Positions 1 through 5,522 of a stretch of 9,123 nt of DNA are shown in pieces (within the stretch, counting starts at the first letter, position 1; every line of letters begins with the position of its first letter). The notes under the pieces are model-generated. The model was not told where the DNA came from. It made no database searches and saw nothing but the letters and a program-made list of their open reading frames with translations. Position numbers and translations under genes: made by a program. Where the stretch lies: the IMG/VR virus record IMGVR_UViG_3300005964_000039, positions 1-9,123 of that record. One strand, 5' to 3'.

Positions 1-830
1 TTAGCGTGAAATTTTCGCAATAAATGAAAAAAATTGAAAATTCCAATATTTTTCGTTTTTTGCAAATTTTTCGTTTTTTTCGCAAAAATGTGTAGAAATT
101 GTAAATTCCAATTAATTTATCATTTCCAAATATTAATTGGAGCGGTGCAAAAAATTGTAAATTCCTAAATTCCAATTAATCTGTCATTTTGCGTTAATTA
201 CACAAAAAATGAGAAAAATTGTAACTTACTAATTTCCTAAATTCCAATTAATCTGTCATATTGTGTAATTTGCTAACTTAAGTTATAAAATTGTAAACTT
301 GTAACTTACAAATATTTGTACATTTTCAGATAAAAACTTTGGAGCTATTATATTTGTAAATTCCTAACTTACAACTAATTTGTTGTTTTGCGAATATATT
401 AGTTATTAACTAAGAAATTAATAGTTAGGGGCTAGTCAACTCCTAATTGCAAATTACAAGTTACTAAACATATTCAGAATTTATTTAAATTATAAATTAG
501 TGGGCACTCAACTCACAGTTTAAAACTAATAGTTACTAAACATATTAGTAATTAGCCTTTTTGTTTTGCACCGATTGTTTTCGCTAGTTTTTTTCGTGTT
601 GCGGTGTTGAAATTGGAAGTTTAGAAAGAAAAGCTTATTAACCCCAAGAAAGCAATTGTTATGAGTAGTGGGCACTATCTTTCTTTTTATTATTATACTA
701 TTAGACATGTTATTACAAACTAATAATATAATATAATAATTTGCTAACTAGTAGTTATATAGTTAGATAGTTATCATATATACTAACTAGTTAGTTAGTA
801 GTTATTAATTTAATAGTTAGAATTGGACCC
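1..830. repeat. Non-coding terminal (ITR-like) region with degenerate direct repeats
   Basis: AAATTG(T/A)AA-type units start at 31, 96, 152, 216, 288 and about 353 (56-72 bp apart). Exact 26-bp repeat TTCCTAAATTCCAATTAATCTGTCAT at 162-187 and 234-259; exact 16-bp repeat AGTTACTAAACATATT at 459-474 and 531-546; TAGTT-rich tract about 745-820. AAATTCCTAAATTCC (159-173) resembles the reverse complement of the AATTTAGG-type repeat recalled near rudivirus termini. The partner ITR is not in the window, so ITR status is inferred. Confidence 0.65.
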
Positions 831-1143
831 AAAATAGATTGTTTTTCGCAATTTCACCGTTACAAGACAATTTTGAGTTTGCATTTTGAAATTATTCCAA
901 CAACGTTCAGATTTGCATTTTCAAATTTGCACTCGTTTGGCCTTATTTTCAAACATTGAAAATCTGAACTTGGCCTCATTTACAAAACAATTTAGTTCAG
1001 GTCCAGATGAAGAAATTAGTGATTTTGGAAGGTCCTTTTGAAGAAAACAGTTTTTCTTAGGAGCAATGGAAGAAATTGGAGGAACAAATTTTGCACGTTC
1101 TCTATAAAGAGAGATGATGATAAGGTATAAAAAGGTAAAGAGG

Positions 1144-1171
1144 TAAAAAGATAGAGAAAGATTTAATAAGG
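1144..1171 (+). promoter_or_regulatory. Repeated early-type archaeal promoter (purine-rich BRE + TATA TTTAATAA)
   Basis: TAAAAAGATAGAGAAAGATTTAATAAGG is identical (28/28) to 2200-2227 and has one mismatch to 2800-2827. TATA starts 38 nt before ATG 1200. Confidence 0.85.
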
Positions 1172-1199
1172 AGTGAAGACAAGATAGATATGAGGAAAA

Positions 1200-1400
1200 A
1201 TGGTCTACATATTGATCACGCAAGATGGAAAGTCGAGAAAGTTCCTAACCGATTCTAAGTTAGAGATATATCTAAAGAGACATGAAGGTGTTTTTTATGT
1301 TTTTCAGCCGGGCATTAAATTTGCAGGCGTTTCAGTTATAGTTTCTAAGGATGGTGAGATAGAAAAATTAGCAGATCAAACTATTCATGTGCCGAAATAA
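1200..1400 (+). CDS. Hypothetical protein (66 aa), early-gene candidate
   Basis: Own repeated promoter, GAGG RBS at 1192-1195, T-rich tract after the stop. No recognised family. Confidence 0.75.
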   Translation: MVYILITQDGKSRKFLTDSKLEIYLKRHEGVFYVFQPGIKFAGVSVIVSKDGEIEKLADQTIHVPK

Positions 1401-1480
1401 TTTAGTCTATTTTTTATTTTGTATTCTATTTTTAGGCTAGATTATCGATAATTTTTCTCATTTCTGTTTTATTTTTTTAG
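1401..1480 (+). terminator. T-rich archaeal terminator region
   Basis: Multiple oligo-T runs right after the stop. Contains 22-bp AATTTTTCTCATTTCTGTTTTA (1450-1471), repeated exactly at 4378-4399. Confidence 0.55.
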
Positions 1481-1504
1481 CTTATATTTTTATGCTTATT
1501 TTTT

Positions 1505-1580
1505 CTCATGTTAGAGTTAAGATTACTAAACGTGATAAAATTACAAATCTAAAGATAAAGGAAGTTTTAAATTTGTCATA
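1505..1580 (+). promoter_or_regulatory. Promoter of ORF150 (BRE TAAAGGAAG, TATA TTTTAAAT, downstream TGTCATA)
   Basis: BRE-TATA at about 1557-1572 followed by a GTC motif; GTGA RBS at 1598-1601. The 67-bp block 1505-1571 is duplicated at 3389-3455. Confidence 0.75.
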
Positions 1581-1610
1581 AAGGATAAACCGATTTAGTG
1601 AGAAGAAAAA

Positions 1611-2063
1611 ATGAGTCAAAATAAAGTTTTAAGTGAAGTAATTAATGATTTGGAAACTTTAAAAGAACAGATTGATAAAATTAAGGCAAGATTAACAACT
1701 ACAAATCATGATGATGACATAAAAGATGTTTTTGACAAATTAAGAAAAATTGCACATGATCATTTAATTAACGCAGTAATTTTTAGTTCAGACGGTGAAA
1801 CAAAATATATAACTGCATTTGCTGAAAGTAATGGATATAAATGTCTTCTTGTTTTAAATAATAAAGCATATTATTTTTATGATTATTCAATTATCAAAAA
1901 TGTTTTAAAAATAAGATATTTTACACAATACGATATTTCGGAGGATATTACCAATATTTTGAAAAAGTTACCAGAATCAAATATTGATTATGCTGAGCCG
2001 ATATTTTTCAAATTATACTATATCTTGAAAAAAGGCTATTCAATAGATTTTATTAAGGGCTAA
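1611..2063 (+). CDS. Hypothetical protein (150 aa) with N-terminal coiled coil
   Basis: Long ORF with promoter, RBS and T-rich terminator. Heptad pattern in residues about 5-30. Central region weakly resembles ORF92 (LVLNNKAYYF vs LVMQNKPFYF). Confidence 0.85.
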   Translation: MSQNKVLSEVINDLETLKEQIDKIKARLTTTNHDDDIKDVFDKLRKIAHDHLINAVIFSSDGETKYITAFAESNGYKCLLVLNNKAYYFYDYSIIKNVLKIRYFTQYDISEDITNILKKLPESNIDYAEPIFFKLYYILKKGYSIDFIKG

Positions 2064-2182
2064 TATTATTTTTTTCTTTTTTATAAATCAAATGAGGAAG
2101 ATATTTTTAAATTTATCATATAGCATACTTATTACTTCAAAATTAAGGTAAATTTCTAAGTAAGGGATTAGACGATAAAAAT

Positions 2183-2260
2183 AACGAAAGATAGAGATCT
2201 AAAAAGATAGAGAAAGATTTAATAAGGGGGAGTTACATATGTTATGTTGGTGAAAAGGAA
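2183..2260 (+). promoter_or_regulatory. Repeated early-type promoter and GGTGA RBS, copy upstream of ORF136
   Basis: Tandem AAAGATAGAGA (2187-2197, 2203-2213), TATA TTTAATAA 2218-2225, GGTGA 2249-2253, ATG 2261. Confidence 0.88.
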
Positions 2261-2671
2261 ATGAGTTATCCCAAAAAGGAAGAAATGAATCAAGAAGAAG
2301 AAAAGTTAAGTCAGTTGGATATAGGTCAATTGACAACTGAACAGCTTGGTGAACTAGTTAAGAGGGCGATTGATGAAGGCAAAGATGAGGCAAAGTTCAT
2401 ACTAGTCCTAAGCGAGTGGATGAGACCAGGGCCTTCATTTACAGACAAAGCAGAATTTACAATTCTTTATGGTGAAGTTGAGACTGTATTATTGCATCAT
2501 TATTACAATTATCCGACGACAGATGATTATACGTATGCATTAATTCCAAAAACAAGGACGGTTGTAGTATTATTTAAATGGAAAAATGATTATAAAGGCA
2601 AATTGGAGAAACAGGCTATTCTTTATATTTTTACATATCATAAAGGATGGGTATCAATAGATCTATACTAA
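2261..2671 (+). CDS. Hypothetical protein (136 aa), paralog of ORF140; candidate anti-defence protein
   Basis: About 49% identity (56/114, hand-aligned, ungapped) to ORF140. Shared motifs FILVLSEWxRPGxSFTD, YYxYPTT, YAxIPK, LYxFTYxxGW. Function is inferred from context only. Confidence 0.9.
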   Translation: MSYPKKEEMNQEEEKLSQLDIGQLTTEQLGELVKRAIDEGKDEAKFILVLSEWMRPGPSFTDKAEFTILYGEVETVLLHHYYNYPTTDDYTYALIPKTRTVVVLFKWKNDYKGKLEKQAILYIFTYHKGWVSIDLY

Positions 2672-2782
2672 GATATTTCATTTTTTTATCTTTTTCAGTT
2701 CTTTTTATTAAGCTTAATTTTCTAATTTTATGCTGTATTTTTTTAAAAACTAAGATAATATTTGTATGTTTAGATTTAAAGA

Positions 2783-2860
2783 AACGAAAGATAGAGATCT
2801 AAAAAGATAGAGAAAGATTTATTAAGGGGGAGTTACATAGTATGTATTGGTGAAAAGGAA
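2783..2860 (+). promoter_or_regulatory. Repeated early-type promoter and GGTGA RBS, copy upstream of ORF140
   Basis: Exactly 600 bp downstream of the 2183 copy and near-identical to it. TATA TTTATTAA 2818-2825. Confidence 0.88.
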
Positions 2861-3283
2861 ATGAGTTATCCCAAAAAGGAAGAAATAAATCAAGAGGAAA
2901 CCCATGAAGAGCAAGATATAATTAAGTCAAAACAGGAAGAATTAAGTGACGAAGAATTAAAGGAGCTGATTAAAAGAACATTGGAAAAAGGAGATTTTGA
3001 AGCAGAGTTTATATTGGTTTTGAGTGAATGGAATAGACCTGGAGGAAGTTTTACCGACTTCGGAAAAATTCGACTGCTTTATGGAAAAATTGAAATGTTT
3101 GAGTTGGATAGTTATTATGACTATCCAACAACAAATCAAACTGTGTATGCTATCATTCCAAAAAGCAAACTGGTTATATTACTACATGAAAGCGGAGACG
3201 ATTACCAGGGAAAAATGCAAAGATACGAAAAACTATACGTCTTCACATATTCACATGGCTGGAAATCACTTTCTCTAGATTAG
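2861..3283 (+). CDS. Hypothetical protein (140 aa), paralog of ORF136; candidate anti-defence protein
   Basis: Same MSYPKKEE N-terminus and conserved core as ORF136, acidic N-terminal segment, followed by T-rich terminator. Confidence 0.9.
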   Translation: MSYPKKEEINQEETHEEQDIIKSKQEELSDEELKELIKRTLEKGDFEAEFILVLSEWNRPGGSFTDFGKIRLLYGKIEMFELDSYYDYPTTNQTVYAIIPKSKLVILLHESGDDYQGKMQRYEKLYVFTYSHGWKSLSLD

Positions 3284-3388
3284 TTCAATTATTTTTTTAA
3301 TTTATTTTCTTTTTGTTAAGTTAAGTTTTTTATTTTTTTATTTTTTGCATTCCTAATTATATGTCTTTTATTTTTATCTATAATTTTA

Positions 3389-3455
3389 CTCATGTTACAG
3401 TTAAGATTACTAAATAATAGGAAAATTTGAATCTAAAGATAAAGGAAGTTTTAAA
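3389..3455 (+). repeat. Duplicate of the ORF150 promoter block with no downstream plus-strand gene (orphan promoter)
   Basis: 3389-3414 matches 1505-1530 (25/26); 3430-3455 matches 1546-1571 (26/26). Identity stops at the TATA box. Confidence 0.85.
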
Positions 3456-3511
3456 ATATTTTTTGGGATCTGAAAAAAATTATTTATAAAAAAATAGAAT
3501 GAATTTTATAT

Positions 3512-3871
3512 TTAGAAATAAATTGAAAATAGATATTGTTTATTTTCTGCAAGATATATATCAATTCTGTCATCATATTCGTTAGTTTCCATTTCTTCCA
3601 CATCTTCAATTTTTGTTTTTCCGTATTTTAGCCTTAATATCACTTCAGTTTTTCTATCATTAGGTAAGAACGATATTTCGAATTTAAATAATTTTTTCTT
3701 CAATAATAGAAATCCATTTATTTCTATTTTTTGACGATTTATTGTTATGATTTCTGGCATTTCCGACATTTCGAAAAAGAACATTAATAGTTCTATAATT
3801 TGCTTTCGATTTAATTTTTTTGAAATTATACTTATGTTTTGTTCCCAATTTTCAAATTCTTCTAAGCCCAT
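3512..3871 (-). CDS. Hypothetical protein (119 aa), distant paralog of ORF92
   Basis: Own minus-strand promoter (3898-3919). 19/76 ungapped identities with ORF92. Confidence 0.85.
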   Translation of the reverse strand: MGLEEFENWEQNISIISKKLNRKQIIELLMFFFEMSEMPEIITINRQKIEINGFLLLKKKLFKFEISFLPNDRKTEVILRLKYGKTKIEDVEEMETNEYDDRIDIYLAENKQYLFSIYF

Positions 3872-3897
3872 TTTTATCGTATGTATGTTTTATAGAC

Positions 3898-3919
3898 TTA
3901 TGTATATAAAGTTTTCTGT
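3898..3919 (-). promoter_or_regulatory. Promoter of ORF119 (ACAGAAAAC BRE + TTTATATA TATA)
   Basis: Minus strand reads ACAGAAAACTTTATATACATAA, TATA starting 39 nt before ATG. 20/22 identical to 5033-5054 (+). Divergent from the ORF98 promoter. Confidence 0.8.
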
Positions 3920-3971
3920 GAATTTTTAGAGTTTGATAGGATGTTTATTGAGAGATAAAAAGATAAAAGTT

Positions 3972-4023
3972 TAGAGAAAACTTTATTAAGGGCCGAGTAC
4001 ATATGCTATAACAGTGATGTGTA
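3972..4023 (+). promoter_or_regulatory. Early-type promoter of ORF98
   Basis: TAGAGAAAACTTTATTAAGGG (3972-3992), then CATATGCTATAACAGTGATG (4000-4019), 18/20 identical to 4480-4499. Confidence 0.82.
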
Positions 4024-4320
4024 ATGAAAGAGATAAAAGTAAGAGATAGGGAACAAAAATTGAAGATAGAACAAAAAGATAGCGGGGAATATTACTATTG
4101 TCCAAAATGTGGACAATTGTTAGTTATATTATATAAAAACAATGAATGGGGAATGATGAGTTCTTGTAAAGATTTCCAATGGGAGGAAATGACAATTAGT
4201 TGTTTTGTTGGGATCGGAGACGAATGTGACCCACAGGAAATAAAGCGATTAAGGTATCAAAGTCTAATACAAATTTTTGACGATTTGTTTGTCAATTTAC
4301 TTATACCGAAGCAAAGTTAA
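4024..4320 (+). CDS. Cys-rich, putative zinc-binding protein (98 aa)
   Basis: YYYCPKCG knuckle plus three further Cys. Own promoter, GTGA RBS and oligo-T terminator. Confidence 0.85.
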   Translation: MKEIKVRDREQKLKIEQKDSGEYYYCPKCGQLLVILYKNNEWGMMSSCKDFQWEEMTISCFVGIGDECDPQEIKRLRYQSLIQIFDDLFVNLLIPKQS

Positions 4321-4450
4321 TTTTTTTATTTTTTTGTTTTTTACGTTCATAATTCTATGTTTTTTATTTTTATGTCAAATTTTTCTCATTTCTGTTTTAA
4401 TATTTCAGAATCAAGAAAATTGAAATACTATAAAATGTATATGTAAAAAA

Positions 4451-4502
4451 ATAGAGAGAACTTTATATATGAGTTTTGTCATATGTTATATCAGTGATGG
4501 AA
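4451..4502 (+). promoter_or_regulatory. Early-type promoter of the winged-helix gene
   Basis: ATAGAGAGAACTTTATATA (4451-4469), TGTCATATG at 4477-4485, GTGA RBS 4494-4497. Confidence 0.8.
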
Positions 4503-4739
4503 ATGGATAGGAAGAAACGAATAGGAAAAAAGGAAAAGGAAGTTTTAGATTTTTTAATACGGAATAATGGTACTGTGTGGAAATCCGATATTCTTGAAAG
4601 GTTTGTGTATGCAAGTCGTTATACTAGTATAATAGAAAAACGGCTTTATAGAATGCAGGAAAAAGGTTTGATATTCATTAACAAAGAGATAAACCCAAAG
4701 ACAGGTCGAGAAAAACAAAGGGTTTATTTAAAGCAATAA
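4503..4739 (+). CDS. Winged helix-turn-helix DNA-binding protein (78 aa from ATG 4503)
   Basis: Pattern KEKEVLDFL...TVWKSDILERF...IEKRLYRMQEKGLI...TGREKQRVYL is typical of wHTH. The ORF-track TTG start at 4476 is only 7 nt after the TATA box, upstream of the expected TSS. ATG 4503 fits RBS and TATA spacing (41 nt vs 42-43 in sister genes). Confidence 0.82.
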   Translation: MDRKKRIGKKEKEVLDFLIRNNGTVWKSDILERFVYASRYTSIIEKRLYRMQEKGLIFINKEINPKTGREKQRVYLKQ

Positions 4740-4760
4740 TTTTTTTAAATTTTTCTTTTT

Positions 4761-4964
4761 TTAAGTTAAATCATAAATTATTTCTTCTATCTCATCTTCT
4801 ATATCTTTTATCATTTCTATTATTCTTTTCTCAAATTCGTATTTCTCATAATTCTCATCAATATCATTATTTATTCTAATTATTTCTTTTAATTCTTTTT
4901 TAGCATTTTCTAAATCTTTTATTGTATCTTTTAAACTTTGTATTACCTTCTCATAGTTTGACAT
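4761..4964 (-). CDS. Small acidic coiled-coil / helical-hairpin protein (67 aa)
   Basis: Two amphipathic heptad helices, GAGGGA RBS (4973-4978), own promoter at 4994-5017, convergent with the wHTH gene. Confidence 0.8.
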   Translation of the reverse strand: MSNYEKVIQSLKDTIKDLENAKKELKEIIRINNDIDENYEKYEFEKRIIEMIKDIEDEIEEIIYDLT

Positions 4965-4993
4965 GTTATATATCCCTCTTTTTTAATTGCTCA

Positions 4994-5017
4994 TTATGAC
5001 ATTTTAAAATCTTTTTT
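4994..5017 (-). promoter_or_regulatory. TATA+GTC-type promoter of ORF67
   Basis: Minus strand AAAAAAGA-TTTTAAAA-TGTCATAA. Confidence 0.72.
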
Positions 5018-5032
5018 ATATTTCTTTTTTTG

Positions 5033-5054
5033 ACAGAAAGCTTTAAATACATAA
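5033..5054 (+). promoter_or_regulatory. BRE-TATA promoter upstream of the structured element
   Basis: ACAGAAAGCTTTAAATACATAA, 20/22 identical to the ORF119 promoter. TATA 5042-5049 predicts a TSS near 5071-5073. Confidence 0.75.
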
Positions 5055-5070
5055 CATGTAAAGTAAATAA

Positions 5071-5134
5071 TAGGCGTAGCGCCTAAGGTGAAGGGGAATC
5101 TGGCGTAGCGCCACATTCCCCGGATTATTTCTGG
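5071..5134 (+). ncRNA. Candidate small structured non-coding RNA with two GGCG-UAG-CGCC hairpins
   Basis: GC-rich island in AT-rich intergenic DNA. Hairpin 1 TAGGCG-TAG-CGCCTA (5071-5085); linker AGGTGAA; hairpin 2 GGGGAAT-C-TGGCG-TAG-CGCCA-C-ATTCCCC (5093-5121); possible third CCGGA-TTATT-TCTGG (5120-5134) with a G-U pair. Promoter at the expected distance, T-rich tracts at 5148-5170, no credible ORF. Confidence 0.68.
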
Positions 5135-5189
5135 AAAAAATTCTATATTTTTATTCTCTTTAGCTTTTTTAAAAACTTAAAAAAATAAA

Positions 5190-5522
5190 TTATTTCTTTC
5201 CTTTCCATAAAATTTCCAAACCTTGATTTTTATCCCAAGTTAGTCTTACATTTTTTAATTCTATTCTATCATGATTATTCAAATCTCCAGCAGTAATTTC
5301 TATATCTAAGCTTGATTTAAGAATATGTAAAAATTTATAATCGGGATTGTTTATCAAAAAATTCATTTCTACAAGACTTTCAAAGTCTGCAAAGGACAAA
5401 TCAACTAATGTTAAATTGAAAATATGTATATCATATAATCCATTCTCATATTTCCAATATTTAAAATCTAAACCGTTTTTCTTTAGAAAATCTAAAAGGT
5501 CTTTTCCTTCTTTTACTTTCAA
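5190..5522 (-). CDS. Hypothetical protein (110 aa), translationally coupled to thyX
   Basis: TTG start overlaps the thyX TGA stop (TTGA, 5519-5522); GGTGG RBS at 5529-5533. Confidence 0.8.
   Translation of the reverse strand: MKVKEGKDLLDFLKKNGLDFKYWKYENGLYDIHIFNLTLVDLSFADFESLVEMNFLINNPDYKFLHILKSSLDIEITAGDLNNHDRIELKNVRLTWDKNQGLEILWKGKK

Noticed and set aside
1-30. Covalently closed terminal hairpin
   Set aside because: Only a weak imperfect dyad (GCG...CGC, 4-18). The true genome end cannot be established from this window.
31-372. Mini-CRISPR array (60-70 bp periodicity)
   Set aside because: Repeats vary in length and sequence, lack the Sulfolobales ATTGAAAG-type end, and the spacers are low-complexity. 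Better explained as terminal repeats.
526-708. 60-aa minus-strand ORF in the terminal region
   Set aside because: Overlaps repeats, atypical composition, no RBS. The AT-rich upstream DNA is not a convincing promoter, though a leaderless gene cannot be excluded.
921-1223. 100-aa minus-strand ORF
   Set aside because: Antisense to the purine-rich promoter and start of ORF66. Its Leu/Phe/Ser richness follows from that composition.
2957-3278. ORFs 2957-3139 (-) and 3024-3278 (+)
   Set aside because: Shadow or alternate frames inside ORF140, whose frame is supported by paralogy.
2261-3283. Assigning ORF136/ORF140 to AcrID1, AcrIIIB1 or AcrIII-1
   Set aside because: No recognisable similarity to my recollection of those sequences; needs a profile search.
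3512-3871. ORF119 as the rudiviral HUH Rep (similar length)
   Set aside because: The protein has no His at all, so no HUH motif. It aligns with ORF92 instead.
3747-3929. 60-aa plus-strand ORF
   Set aside because: Antisense shadow of ORF119 and its promoter.
5071-5134. tRNA (GGCGTAGCGC resembles a tRNA 5'/D-arm start)
   Set aside because: No cloverleaf, no TTCRA T-loop and no acceptor stem.
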